A DNA stretch of 63,630 bases, filler included, from Octopus bimaculoides (taxonomy: Eukaryota): the NCBI RefSeq assembly GCF_001194135.2. It is 5 parts of 5 records of this genome, joined end to end, with 100 filler letters (N's around TTAATTAATTAA, not from the genome) between each part and the next. Parts side by side here need not be neighbours in the genome. Positions count along the whole stretch, not along the records: positions 29,917 to 55,170 come from NC_068988.1; 4 more parts are not named here. One strand, given 5' to 3'. Each line of letters begins with the position of its first letter. Within the stretch, counting starts at the first letter, position 1. Shown piece after piece: positions 37,712 to 51,613 of this stretch. The notes beneath the pieces are model-generated. The model ran no database searches, had not been told where the DNA came from, and saw only the letters and a list, made by a program, of their open reading frames with translations. The translations under genes were made by a program, and so were the position numbers.

Positions 37712-37786
37712 CCCATCCATCCATCCATCCATCCATCCATCCATCCATCCATCCACCCATCCATCCATCCACTCATCCATCCATCC

Positions 37787-37844
<58 letters not shown>

Positions 37845-38083
37845 GCATATAAGTNNNNNNNNNNNNNNNNNNNNNNNNNNNNNNNNNNNNNNNNNNNNNN
37901 NNNNNNNNNNNNNNNNNNNNNNNNNNNNNNNNNNNNNNNNNNNNNNNNNNNNNNNNNNNNNNNNNNNNNNNNNNNNNNNNNNNNNNNNNNNNNNNNNNNN
38001 NNNNNNNNCCCATCCATCCATCCATCCATCCATCCATCCATCCATCCATCCACCCATCCATCCATCCACTCATCCATCCATCC

Positions 38084-38141
<58 letters not shown>

Positions 38142-38152
38142 GCATATAAGTA
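37712..38152. other. Duplicated (CCAT)n/(CTAT)n block on both sides of a gap (probable assembly artefact)
   Basis: The same interrupted repeat ending ATGCATATAAGT appears before and after N154. Confidence 0.75.
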
Positions 38153-38997
38153 TGCTTATGCTCCTGTCTTTCGATTTAGCCCAGAATCGCCAGATTGCGG
38201 CGTAAATTAAATGAAAATATCGAGCGAAATCAGAACCAGCGTTCCAAGCCAGATTCTCACAAAACTTTCTAAAAGACCACGTCGCTTATGAGGTTGCGTT
38301 GGAAATAAAATAATACATGGAGATTACTATTCGCAACTCAGAATTAACCGTACATAAAAAGAAACGGTGCACCCATCCGTTAATTTGATGGAGAACCATG
38401 AATCTGATTATTCTTTCACTCCAGTAATAGTCGATTACCATATTATTATTGCTGTATTGGGAATTAAATCAAATCTCAGTTGAACTCTGCATAGAGGTTT
38501 GAAAATGATGGATCCAGCATTCAAGGTGAAATAGCTGTTCGCTTAGTTAACTTTGTTTCTTTATTTTAAATTTCATTTTCCTCTCTTCTTCAAAAGGTAT
38601 CAGATTTCCATATCTAAAGGGCCATCAACGTGACATTTTTTGAAAATCAAATTTAAGAAAAAAATATGTAAATATGTATACATATAAAAGAGAATCTAAA
38701 AGTTGAGCAAATATAAAGCACAAATAAATGTCCAAAGGCATAAATGTAAACAAAAAAATAATAAAAATACAAAAAGAAAGACGAACAGTATTTTATGGTT
38801 AGTAATTTCAAGGAGAAAATTCATATTTTTTTCTCGTAACTGTTGCATGAATGATAAGAGTGGTGTGTTTGGGTGCGGCATCAGTGAACAAACATGATGC
38901 TTCTCAACAAATCAACAAAAGTGTAAAGCAAAACAAAGTCTTTGTTGTTATAGCTGATATCAATAGTGATGATCTTAAAATGATGATGATGATATAG

Positions 38998-39004
38998 TAA
39001 TAAT

Positions 39005-39081
<77 letters not shown>

Positions 39082-39203
39082 TAATAATGGCACCAATAAC
39101 TTTTACTATCATCATCACCGTCATCATCATGGTGATTATAATACAGTCCAAACATTCTGAATGGAGAAATCACTTTTAATAACTCTACAAATCTAAACTT
39201 CCC

Positions 39204-39279
<76 letters not shown>

Positions 39280-39309
39280 TATAAATAAATAAATAAATAA
39301 ATAAATAAA
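38998..39309. repeat. (AAC)n/(AAT)n/(AAAT)n microsatellites
   Basis: Directly visible. Confidence 0.95.
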
Positions 39310-39854
39310 AACAGTGTCATGAGTATGCTTGATATCTTACACACATGGGTCAAACGAAGTGCAAGCAAACTAATTGAAATCTTTCGTAAAACAAATAGGA
39401 CAAAAGTGTGCGCAAAGAAAATCTAGTCAGATGTATTCAGATTTATTAATTAAAATTCTTAACGCATTAATTTTGAAACACGGTACAATGGTCGGTCTTA
39501 GAAAGAAATTCGATTTGATGCCACTGTTCAAATAAATTGATATTCATATTTTATAAAATTATTTTTTTCTTTAGTACAAGGCTAGACATTTTAAGTGGAA
39601 GCAGAATATGTGACTTAAGTTTATTTATTAATACAAGTGAAGCAAGTTGCCTTAAATAATTGTAAATATAAACGTCATTGAGAGTGTTAGCAGCGAGGGA
39701 GAAGTATGAAATAAAACCAAATTTGAAAATTGAAAAACGGAATAATAAACAAAATTCAAATTGTCTGTTAAGACTTAACCAGAAGGTAAAACCGTTGGAG
39801 AACCGTACAGAATAAACTGGTTTGCTGTTGCAAGCATGAAACCATCAAGATATC

Positions 39855-39960
39855 GAGATTTCAAATTTTAGTACGGGGACAGCAGTTTTTGAGGGGAGGG
39901 AGAGGCCGATTACATGGACCCCAGTATTTGGCCTGTTGCCAAAATTTGAAACTAATATTA
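39855..39960 (-). mobile_element. SINE family A, 3' fragment(s)
   Basis: TTTCAAATTTT...CGATTACATGGACCCCAGTA matches the reverse complement of the family A tail. Confidence 0.6.
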
Positions 39961-40289
39961 GAGACAAATCGTTCAATGAAATAGACTCTGATCAACACAC
40001 TCAGCTACCAGTTGCTGGTAACGAAATAGAAGAGCTGATTAGATCTAACGATTGCGATATATATCATTTTGTTATGCCTTTCGTTTAAATCCTTGGTAGC
40101 CATTCGTGCTTTCAAGATTACGCCCCCACCACACCAAATTATATCGGATAGAATACAAATCCGATCCATAGTTATAAATCTTTTAAGTGATTATATTCAA
40201 AAAAGGCAAAGGTGACGAACGCGTTCGCGTCAGTGTTTTTCATCCACAGTAACATATGCACGTAAACATGCTCGTTCACCTATACTGAG

Positions 40290-40395
40290 AATTGTACACA
40301 AGGCTTTGAGCGACGTGAACATATGAAAGAAGAAACCTGCTCAACATATTTTGCAGTGGGTTCGAACCCGTGATTAAGTTGTGGAAAGGCAAGGA
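40290..40395 (-). mobile_element. Degenerate SINE family B head
   Basis: Reverse complement gives CACGGGTTCGAACCCACTGC...AAAGCCTTGTG. Confidence 0.45.
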
Positions 40396-40704
40396 AATAG
40401 TTGTTCATATATATGAATAGGTATACGAATAAAAACATCGGTGGCTAGATCATTGGATTAGTAGAAAAGCAGTAACATTTTATTGTGTAGGTGAAAAAAT
40501 TGAAAGATAGTCGCTTCAGTAAAGAAAGAGTTAAATGGAAATAAATGGAGATTGTATATACGAAAAAATAGGCCGACTGGCTGCCAAAAGAAGAAATAGA
40601 TAGGTATAATAAATATATGTATAGATTTATTTACATGAACTGATGAGTCGATCAATAAATAGGTAGATAGATGTATATATGAAATACACAGACACACACA
40701 AAAC

Positions 40705-40771
<67 letters not shown>

Positions 40772-42123
40772 AATAGAGAAAGAGAGAGAGAAAGAGAAAG
40801 AGAGAAGATGAGTGGAAAGGAGAAAAAGTGAGATGAAGAGATATATAGACCAGTTCCTAATAAATCAATGGATAGGTAGCAAGTGACGGAATAAAAATTG
40901 GTAGCTTAAAGTCTAGAGATTGCACGTAAAAGAAAGGGAAACCTAGAGAGATTGAAAGATAAAAGAAAGACAGAGAGTGTTTTCTTGATTGCGTGTTTGA
41001 GAGACTGAAAAATAGAAAAGTACATTAGAGAAAGAACGCCATATAGGAAGACACTGATGTAAATGTGAAAGGAGGAGGGCAAACTTATTATTCAGAGCCG
41101 CTAATTAATTTAACTTATTCCGTTGATTTCATTACGAAGCCGAGGTTTGCAAGAGGAATTCTCGTGAGACTTCCGTTCGATACCATCTCAAACTGATTGT
41201 GTTGGATAAGTCTAATGAAATTCTCCACGTTTTAGTATCTTAAACGAATGCTATGACCTGAGATTGGAAATGTGGGCTTCATTTTCTCCAGCTACAACTA
41301 AATATAGCTAAAGAAGCAAATTATAGACATGCAATAAAATTCTTACTTCTCATTTATTTCTTCTATAACTTACTTTTCTAATATTATAACTTTCTCACAA
41401 CCATTTACTTTACGGTTATTCTATTCTTCTTTATCTCTCTTTCACAATGTCTGTACATCTATGTGCCTGTAACTGTCTAAGCTGCCTGTACTTTCTTTAT
41501 ATCTGTGTATCTGTGAATATCTATGGGGTATATATGTCTGTATGGGACATATGGGTTTTGTTTGCGTATATATGCGTGTTTTTTTTAGATGTGATTCTAT
41601 GTGCGAGAGGGTATGGGGGATGAGCTTTTCTTCGATGCTGGTGTATATTTAATTTTCTATTTAAATGTGTATGCATTTATCTTAGATAGATCTTATCTTT
41701 CAACATACAGATATAACTCACCGTCTTTAAACCTACATTTAGAACAATCGATCGAACAGACTACTCAATAATCTTTATATCTACTTAACTACACACATAC
41801 TTCTCTTTATGTATGTATGTATGTACGTATGTATGTATGTATGTATGTATGTATGTATGTATGTATCTATCTGTCTATCTATCTATCTATCTATCTATCT
41901 ATTTATCTATCTGTTTGTCTATCTATCTTTCTGTTGTCTGTTGGTTGATCGATCTATCGATGTGAATATCTCCATACCAAGACACACGTGTACGTAATGA
42001 AGAACTGAAGTCGTACTAGGGATGTTCCATTTCCGATTAAAATTTATTCATACGTGTGCACATATATATANNNNNNNNNNNNNNNNNNNNNNNNNNNNNN
42101 NNNNNNNNNNNNNNNNNNNNNNN

Positions 42124-42164
<41 letters not shown>

Positions 42165-43130
42165 TATATGTCTACATACCTCCCACACACGTACACACAT
42201 ATCTTATATATATACATATACATACATGTACATATACACTCGGCAAACATAATAGTCTTAGATAATATTTCACCAAAGTGCTCAACAAATGTTAATTGGG
42301 ACAACACATTATATCTATTCAATAGAAAACTTACTATGCATTATGATCATGTAAATTTCTTTCATATTATGTATTAAAAGTTAACTCATTCCGCTCACCG
42401 TTCTCTGCCGATAGACTATACATACATGTGTGTGTGTTTATACATACACATATGTCTTTGCAAAAGTGAGTATGTATATATTGTGAAAGGGTGTAATTTT
42501 GATGAAAGTTTGGTCATTGTGTTTAGCAGGTCAAACGAACATAGTAGATATCCGCTCATTTGCTCGAATTTCTTTTCATTTGAAATTAAGTTGGTTTTAC
42601 TTCTTTTCTTGTGCCTCTTCCAGAATGGTGCATTATTATTTTATATTGGCTTCTCTCCAGCCTTAGTAATTTCTCTCATCTCTCATTTCACTTTATTGCT
42701 AGTGAGAAAATCACTTAGATATGATTAACCGATATAGCTATACTTTTGCATTTTCACTGGCTGAAGAATATTTTTAATGATGAATAGAATCATCACAACC
42801 GATGCGGAAATGTAAAATAATTCGCTCAAATTGATAATGTCTACTATGTTACAGGTATTTATTTGTGAAGTTGACAGAAACGAAAAATAAAATAAAAAGG
42901 AGCGAACTAAAATATTCTAATGGTTGGATAAAAGAGCAAGAAATATGAACCAAATGTCTCTCAACCTATACAACTCTGTTTTAAAAATTCAAGATAAACA
43001 TTGTACTATGTAGACTTCAATACACAATACCTTAAGAATGTATAATGAAAGTGCTTGATCTTTTGGCATATGCGTAAACTACAACCCTGAAAAATCATGA
43101 CAAATAAATTGCGTCTAAAAAATATAACGT

Positions 43131-43264
43131 AAACTAGAAAAGCAGTCGGAGAGCGCAGACCTCCGGCAAGTAGCTCATTTCCACCCATGTACACGCATGC
43201 TGAAAATCTCCCAATTTCCCAAACCAAAACCGGCAAAAACATAACCTCCTTAGCGGGGTTTTAA
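43131..43264 (-). mobile_element. Miniature Helentron-associated element (HINE-like), both ends present
   Basis: Reverse complement: 5' AAAACCCCGCTAAGGAGGTTATGTTTT ... 3' CTTGCCGGAGGTCTGCGCTCTCCGACTGCTTTTCTAGTTT (subterminal IR, short stem-loop, T-rich end). Confidence 0.65.
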
Positions 43265-43439
43265 AAAAAGTAACACAGCCATATGATTTAATAAAGAAAC
43301 CCTTTAAAAACAGGAATCATCTGAAGCAGTTATAATACATCAATGACAATAGCAAGCTAGTTTCACAGCGGAGGTGGAGGGACGAAAGCCTGAGATTTTT
43401 AGTCGATCCCAATAGTCAAGGCTTGTCATGTCATCCTCT

Positions 43440-43814
43440 GCAGACCTCCGCCAAGCAGCTCATTTTAAGATACATACACGAGTAAAATTACTAATAGAGA
43501 AACGAAAATAAACTTTGGAAACAGTAACGCCACCATAGGTTACGTGGAAACGATAAACGTGTTTTCAAGGGAGATAAAGAACGTAACATTGTAATACTTC
43601 ATGTATAGTAACAAATGACAAATCCTTCAAGAATCCATAAAAAATCATGAATCACTCAAAATTTCATCATCTGTTCCTTGTGTCATTATCAACTTTGTCT
43701 GCAAGTTTCATCAAATACCGTTCACAACGTTTTGAGTTATTTTGCACACAAACGGATAGACGGACAAACCAACGCTGATGAAAACATAAGCTCCTTCCTT
43801 GGCGGAGGTAAAAA
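43440..43814 (-). mobile_element. Longer HINE-like element of the same family, lacking the terminal stem-loop
   Basis: Perfect 12-bp subterminal IRs ACCTCCGCCAAG (43444-43455) and CTTGGCGGAGGT (43798-43809), with a GTCC/GTCT-type repeat near the 5' end. Confidence 0.7.
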
Positions 43815-44607
43815 TTTCGTATACAGTGATGATAAGCGTTTCTTTTACTACCGAGACAGATAGATGCTTCTGCTTTTTAGCAAAATTATACATATGTACA
43901 CGTTATTTTTCTGGATGTAGCGATCGAATTGATATGTAGTCTTACAACTTGTAACAAATCTCTGCCAAACACAGTCCTATAGTTTTAAAATACTACCCGT
44001 TCGGTAAGGTAATCTGGTTATAAACATGTTCGAACAAACACGACGTTTTAGCACAACAATGGCAACAATAATAACAACAAAACACACACACAGCAAAAAC
44101 AGTGACAAGAGGCAGAATGTTATTGCTATTGAAAGTCTTGTTTCATAACAGATGAAAGTGATATATCATTGCAGGTAACCACCTTGAACATAAAACTACT
44201 TCATGACGACGTGTGCGCGCGCGCATGTGTGTTGTTTAAAGAAAATTGTACTATCACGTTTGTAAAGTAGGGGGAATGCTTAGAAACCCCTTCATTTAAA
44301 ACTGTTCATATTTATTTATACTTAAATATATGAGGAACTCCTTCGATTTTTGATGATGAGAACAGAGTTGTTGAATCAACTAAACTTCCTGCATCTTGAA
44401 TGAATTCAAAAGGTTGAGCGGTGCATACATACATTCTCCTTTAACATAATTATCTGGCAGAACTAATGTAACAAAGCTTGCGATAAGGTTGTGCGTTGAA
44501 TTACAGGTACAATTTATCGAATGCGCATCTACAGAGTTCCCGTTTCACCAATTTCACTCATAAACAAGGTTCAAATTGAGGTTATTTAAAGGCAAAGTCA
44601 GAGACAG

Positions 44608-44633
44608 CGGAGAGAGAGAGAGAGAGAAGGAGG

Positions 44634-44719
<86 letters not shown>

Positions 44720-44730
44720 AAGAGAGAGAG
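44608..44730. repeat. (GA)n microsatellite
   Basis: Directly visible. Confidence 0.98.
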
Positions 44731-45497
44731 AACTGCAATTTAGAACTTACAACCATATGTCTATACAGAAATGACTATGTTCTCTTAAACAACAGTGGAT
44801 TAAAAGTGTGAAAAACACGTATCTTTAACAAACTTTTGAAGCAATGGAAGGGGATGAAAAGCAAATTATGTATTTTGGACAGTGAGTAGAGTTAGAAATA
44901 CAAACATTATTCAGAGTAACGTAGAGGAAGAGTAAGAAGATAAAGTTTTCATTTACATTTTATTGTAAAGTAAAATATACAAAATAGCTAATTAATTTGT
45001 AAATGGATGTAACTAAATATTGCAATTTCGTTTAAACGCCTTGCTATATACATTAAAATGCAGATTTGCCATATACGTTTAAGGAGAATTGCTTAAATAT
45101 AGGCGGGAAAATACTCATTCATTAATATTAATGACTTTAACAATTCTTACTTATGGAAATACAGAAGGCATAAATTTATAAACAAATAAATGTAAAACTA
45201 CGCTGTTAAGGCAAATTGTTTCAACTGACGGGTGCTTAGCAGAACAGAACATAGGTTCGTTATAAAGTTAGTGGAAAATATATAAAGAATTTGAGAATAA
45301 CGCAAAAATCTTAATACAGTCATCACTTATAATCATGCATAACAAAATAAAAAAAAAGAAAAATAATAATAATGTACATTTTCTCTTATTTTGTATTGTT
45401 CCAAGTGTAGGCTCAAATTGGTTATTCATCCCAAGCGGTTTCTATTAAGCAAGTGCCATTCAAATGCTGACATAAATTTAGTCGATAATATCACTTT

Positions 45498-45826
45498 ATC
45501 ATAGGTGCCCTGGGAATGACAGCGAAACGGGCTGATTACTACCTAGATCAGATTCCAGGAAACCCCAAAATGGCTGAAGTTCAAAAGATAGTGCTCATGG
45601 GAACTGCCCATATCCTACGTAAAATACTGTCTATGTGATCTCAAATTTTAAAGCAAACACGTAATTTTCTTATGGTTTCTTAAACATTCACTTGAACAAA
45701 ACTGTACAAATCCAAATATATGGTACCCTAGGCATAACACCTACATGAACTTCTAACTTGTTGTCTCTTGAGGTCTCTGGGTGAGACTTGGATCCAACAT
45801 GTACAAATGCAAAACAAAAGTCAAAC

Positions 45827-45880
<54 letters not shown>
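45498..45880 (+). mobile_element. 5'-truncated RLE-type (R4/Dong-like) LINE: ORF end, 3' UTR and (TAA)n tail
   Basis: 45498-45638 translates as IIGALGMTAKRADYYLDQIPGNPKMAEVQKIVLMGTAHILRKILSM*, typical of RLE-LINE C-termini. The UTR is near-identical to 61068-61230. Confidence 0.88.
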
Positions 45881-45881
<1 letters not shown>

Positions 45882-45922
45882 GAAGAAGAAGAAGAAAAAG
45901 TAGAAAAAAAAGAATAATAATG

Positions 45923-46135
45923 AGAATTCTTTCTATCATAGGTACAAAGATTAAATTTAGCGGAAGGCAGCTGGTCGATTACATCAATTAAATTACTCTA
46001 CTGGTACTAATCGGTCTCCAAGCCTGAAAAGTAAAGTGTGCTTCCTCGGAATTAGAGCTCAAAACGAAAAAGAACCGAGAAAAATGCAGTTAAGCATTTT
46101 CTCCAACAATCTGTCGATTCACCCAAACCGCCTGC
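45923..46135 (-). mobile_element. SINE family A, old copy
   Basis: GTCGATTACATC...CTGGTACT...CTCGGAATTAGAGCTCA...TAAGCATTTT. Confidence 0.7.
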
Positions 46136-46158
46136 TAGTAGCCTAGCACTAACAATCC

Positions 46159-46332
<174 letters not shown>

Positions 46333-46507
46333 TGGCACACGGACAGCAGCTTTGGTGGCGATTATATGACATTTATTTTACCGATCCCGAAAGGATCAAA
46401 AGCCAATATGACCTGAGCGGAATTTGTACTTGACATGTAAAGACGGATGAAAGACCGCTAAGAATTTTTCCCGGCATGTTAACAGTTCTGCTATTTCAAC
46501 GCCTTAC
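46333..46507 (-). mobile_element. SINE family A
   Basis: CCCGAAAGGAT...GCGGAATTTGTACT...GTAAAGACGGATGAAA...CCCGGCATGTTAAC. Confidence 0.8.
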
Positions 46508-46544
46508 ATAATACTAATAATAATATTTACAATACTTCTATCGT

Positions 46545-46742
46545 ATGTACATGCAGCGACATATTAAGTACTAAATATTATCGACTAAATTTACCCCAGT
46601 ATTTGAATGGCAGTTGCATTATAGAAACCGCTTGGGATGAATGGCAAATTTGAGCCTGAATAGAATTGTAACAATACAGAATGTAAACAGATACTGAAAG
46701 CCATTCCTACGTTACTATTACCCACTCTGCTCTGCCACCCAC
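46545..46742 (-). mobile_element. SINE family A, highly degenerate
   Basis: ACCCCAGTATTTGAATGG...GGGATGAATGGCAAA in the expected order. Confidence 0.5.
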
Positions 46743-47715
46743 TTTCATTAATAGACGAAATAATAAATGCAATAACTTTATGCTGGCAATCTTAACATTA
46801 TTAAATCAAAGACTTAGTATTCCGCACAACAGCGCAGAAATTTATTAGTCTCTACGTAATTAGATTCCGAATTAATGAAGAACAATACGGTATTTCTTCA
46901 GACAATTGGAAACTGGATATATTAAGCTTTCTCTGATTTTATTGCATCGATCAGTATGTAGAGAATAGCATTAAAATGTGGAAAATATTCCAAAAGTATA
47001 TGTATGTATATTTACATGGATATATATATATATATATTCAATTCAGTGTCGCACACAATAAGAGTGTATACACACACACACACACATATGTATATATATG
47101 TATGAGAGTGTATGTATGTTTATATATTCAATTTACTATCTTCCTCAAACGATAGGGGAACATGTTTGGAAGAGTTAAAAAAGATGTCATACAATTTTCG
47201 GTAGTCAGAAAAGTACTTTAATCCACACACACACCTATCCAAAAATGTATCTGCTTCAAAGCCATGAAGAATCATCCCCAAAATATGGAACTGGATAAAA
47301 GCTTGGGAGCTGATTTAATTATACGCCTACGAGATTAATCAAGTAGATTTAATATGTACACCTAGCGCTTCTGACGTGCAATAAACAAAAATGTGTCGCA
47401 TCCTTGTAGGTTTAAAAAATATATGTATGTGTACGACCACCAAAATAGGAAATCTTCGCCAAATAACTTGGAACACGTGCAGTAGATTGATATTAAATAA
47501 TTTGAAAAATAGCTACAAAAACAGTGAAGAACATGTCAAAATGCATACAATATAGTCCTCGATGAATCGAAAAGAAATATCAATATGTATGCCATAATTT
47601 AGGATAGACTATTTGCTAAGACACTTTTTTATAGATTCCTTATCACGCCTAAATGATATCTAGGAATGAGTAGCTACCATATTTCGGTTTATATCAATAG
47701 AAAAGTAATGATTAC

Positions 47716-47910
47716 AAATTTTGGGACAAGATCAGTAATTTCGGGATAAAGCGTACGTCGATTACACCGACTTCCAGTACTCAACTGGTACTTATTTTAT
47801 CTACTGCAAAAGGATAAAAAGCAAAGTGGACCACGGCAGAATTTGTACTCAGACCGTGAAGGCGGATGCAGAATTTTGCCCAGCGTGCTAACGGTTCTGG
47901 TAGTTCGCCG
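47716..47910 (-). mobile_element. SINE family A
   Basis: GTCGATTACACCGAC...CAACTGGTACTTATTTTATC...GCAAAGTGGACCACGGCAGAATTTG...GCGTGCTAACGGTTCTG. Confidence 0.85.
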
Positions 47911-47967
47911 AATTAATCAATATAAAAAAAAAGAAAAATGATAAGACAAGGGTTTCACAAATACCTT

Positions 47968-48153
47968 TCTACTTTAGGCGCAAGATCTGAAATTTGGGGG
48001 AGGAGGATAGTCAAATTCATCGATCATAGTGCATAACTGATACTTATGAAAAACAAAGTTGATCTAGGCGGAATTTGAAAGTCGGAACATAAGGATGGGC
48101 GAAAAGCCACACAACTTATCGCCCGGCGTGCTAACGATTCTGGTACCTCGCCA
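47968..48153 (-). mobile_element. SINE family A with internal deletion
   Basis: AAATTTGGGGAGGAGG...GGCGGAATTTGAA...CCCGGCGTGCTAACGATTCTG. Confidence 0.82.
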
Positions 48154-48464
48154 TTTTCAGGGTTTCACTAATAGATGGATTCGTTTACTTCGATATTATG
48201 GAATTCTATCCATACTTTACTAAAAAAACAGAAAAGTCTTCTATGTGATCTACATCTTGGAAAGCACATTAGGATATCGCATATCATTATAAATATATTA
48301 AGTGAGGAAATCCCTATATACGTAAACATAGAAAATGAAGTATAGGTTCTATACATCAGAGAAGAAATTGTACTAAAGAACTTTGTCCACCCTGATAGCT
48401 AACTAAACTATAAAAGCTATCTTAGCAACCCCACCCCTACCCACCTCAAAAAAATAAAATGCGT

Positions 48465-48697
48465 CCCTTTAAAGCCTAACCAGGCTCATGGGCCTGGTTT
48501 CCCGGTTTCTATGGCGTATGTGTTCCCCAGCTGGACGGGACGCCACTCCATCACAAGCGTTACTCATTTTTGCCAGCTGAGGGGACTGGAGCAACTTGAA
48601 ATGAAGTGTTTTGCTCAAGAACTCAACGCGTCGCCCGGTCCAGGAATCGAAACCACAATCTTACGATCATGATGCTGACACCCTAACCACTAACCAA
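48465..48697 (-). mobile_element. tRNA-derived SINE: head, CORE/Deu-like middle and V/Meta-like tail
   Basis: The tail aligns closely with 6740-6845 and the middle aligns with 59274-59330. Confidence 0.9.
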
Positions 48698-51538
48698 CCT
48701 AACTTGGCGGTTATTCAATCCTTACAACATAGTGGCACTATCTGTTCTGAGTTAAGTGACCTAACGTTAACAAGATTCTTCTCTGTGGTTCTTCCAACAT
48801 TTTTCAGTTTTTCACTGCACCTACAAGGCGGTTAGTTGTAAGGCCATCCCAATATTCTTCCTCCCAGCCCTTCTAGTGATTGCCGGAATTATCCACCCCA
48901 CCAACCACAAATCTCGTGTAGGAAACCAATTCGTAAAATTTTGAACTGGATCTGTAATAGTGTGCTGTATAAATATTAATATACACAAACATGTTATTTT
49001 CATATAATATACATGTATTCATGCGTGTGTGTATGTGTATGTGTGTGTATGTGTATACTTGTGTGAGTGTGTGTGAGTTTGTATGCCTGTAGATATTAAT
49101 ATATTCATTAGCTTTTATGAGATATGAACTCTCCTTCACTCTACTATGAATAATGTTTTTATTATATACTTACAGGGACAGAACTCGTAGCTGGCGTTGC
49201 CTGAGGAAAGAATTTACGCCACCTTAATAAGCGCCGTAGCTGTTGCTATTCATAGTATGTATAAAAAGCTAAGACATTCCCAGTATTCATCGTCTGATCA
49301 GGAATTAGTTTAGATGTGTGGTAGGCTAACTAGAAACTTTGCTGCCATAATAGTTTATCTGGTTCCATAAGATAGCGCAATATCATCCAGCATCTCTAGA
49401 AAATATATTCTATTCTTACTTACATTAGACTCCATTTTCAACTTCTACATTTTGTTTTAAATGAATTTGTAACTTATGCGTTGGCTATGAATCACTTTAA
49501 GTCTACTGTATCTTCACTTATATTGATGTTTAAATCTCGGACTCATGAGTTTTGAATTGAAGTCTATCCTATAATTATTGTATAGTAATTGGATTTCTTT
49601 CGTCTTAGCGCTCCTGCATGTATGCTGAAAATTAAAGTTATATTTGTATTAACAATGTCTTTATGCATACATAATCACGATGTGATATATTTAAGGATGT
49701 TCGTCTTGGCAGATACTGAAAACTTGTCGGATCTAATTAACGCCGTTGAGGCTTTTACTAGGATGTTATAGTTTATGGTTCTTATATGTTACTCTGCATT
49801 TAGTATAAATCTCACCAAAACTTTAACGACAAGAAAGAAGCGCATAGTAATCATTGTTTAATACAAGTGGTCTAACTTTTTCAGGTACCCCAGAAAACAT
49901 TGTACATGTCCGTATTTACAATTATCGTAACTAATTCTTGTGTCTTACTTTCATCGCATGCGTGTCGTAGTTTCCATGTATATATATCTAAAGTTTGTGT
50001 CATCTAAAAAACAGTATTTTCATATGTTGCAAACTTTGCCCTTTATATATTTTAGATAATAAATATATAAAGATATATAAAGATGTATTTAATTAATACA
50101 CACGTGTGAAATCTGACCGATGCTGCCATGTGCGGTTGTTTTTAGTTTAAGAAGCAGAAAGAAATAGTGATGCTAAGAAATAAAAGGGGGTGAGTGTTCA
50201 AAAGTATCAGATTAATAATATGAAACTCGCACACATATATACGATCAACACACACGTTACTTATGTATACATATCAAAGCACAAACATATATACAGACAC
50301 GTTGGGTCACCCATAAATTAGTACGAAAATATACAAATGTGTTACCACACCTTGACTATTTTACAATCACAAAAGACTGGAATTTAAATGTACGTCTTAA
50401 AAAAGTATTTGCCAAATCCGGTACGTTCGGCTCAGACTTTAAAACGTACGGACATAATTTTTGATGCAACTGAGATAGTAAAGCCATTGAAACTTCCACG
50501 TAGCCAATTTTATTGTTGAATGGTCGAGGAACTTTTCAGAAATCTAATATTTGACTTGTCACTTACTCAATATTAGTAAGTCATATTAATCTGAATTAAT
50601 ACATTATTTTAGAAAGAAAAGACAGAAGGATGTTACAGGTGGTATAGCTGAATGCACCTGATTACTCCTCTACATTCTCTTCCATAATTTATCTTCTGAC
50701 ATTTTCATTTACAACCATAACTTGATAAGTCTTCTGACCAGACACAACAACTCGAGGCAGTTTGCAAATTTTCACTTCTGAAAGACATGATCTAATATGC
50801 AGTTTACCTCACGATTTGACAAAGGTTGTAGTTCAAAATTAATATTAGTCATCATGCTAATAGTTACGACAATTCGAAAATTCGCTTCAAAGAGTGTTTT
50901 ACATATCTTTCAGTAAATTTATAACTATAGAGATTATGCATTTTGCTTATGCTTGAGTCGTTCTAATCATTTGGTTGTGGGCATTGTAGGGCATAATCAA
51001 ACATGTGTTTAGTAGATAAAATCCTTGACTTTTGGAATTTGATAAATATTTTGACTACTTTGATGTAGAAAGGAAAGGAATATCAACCGGGAGATATGGA
51101 TATTTAGGATGTTACAAGGTAGCCAATTTCAGCTTGCAGCTCTTTAGATCATGAAATATTTGTTTGAAACATTTGCTATATATTTCAGTGTGAAGATTCA
51201 CAATCCAAGATAAGTAGAGCCTGAGTTATATTTAGCTCTACAATCCACGAGACACACGTACACACCCAAAGTACATATTCGCACATGTACATAAAACGAC
51301 ACACACAAGCATGCACACATACACGCGCGCGCGCACACACAGAGTTTCAACATTTAATTAAAGATATACTATCGGTTGGAAATATCAGAGTATGAACAAG
51401 TCGTACTCGTAAAAGGAGAACCTGTTTTTCCAACTAGGTACACAAAAAGCTATACGTTCGAACCTGGCGGAACGAATTAAGATAAAAATACGCATGTCAA
51501 CATTTCAGATTTTGCTGTTCACGGTCCAAATAATTTCT

Positions 51539-51613
<75 letters not shown>

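Noticed and set aside
44300-44440. Protein-looking 40-codon minus-strand frame (QPFEFIQDAGSLVDSTT...)
   Set aside because: No credible splice sites and no recognised homology.
50620-50760. Possible mariner YSPDLAPSD-region relic
   Set aside because: Only a loose resemblance, with no TIR or second motif.
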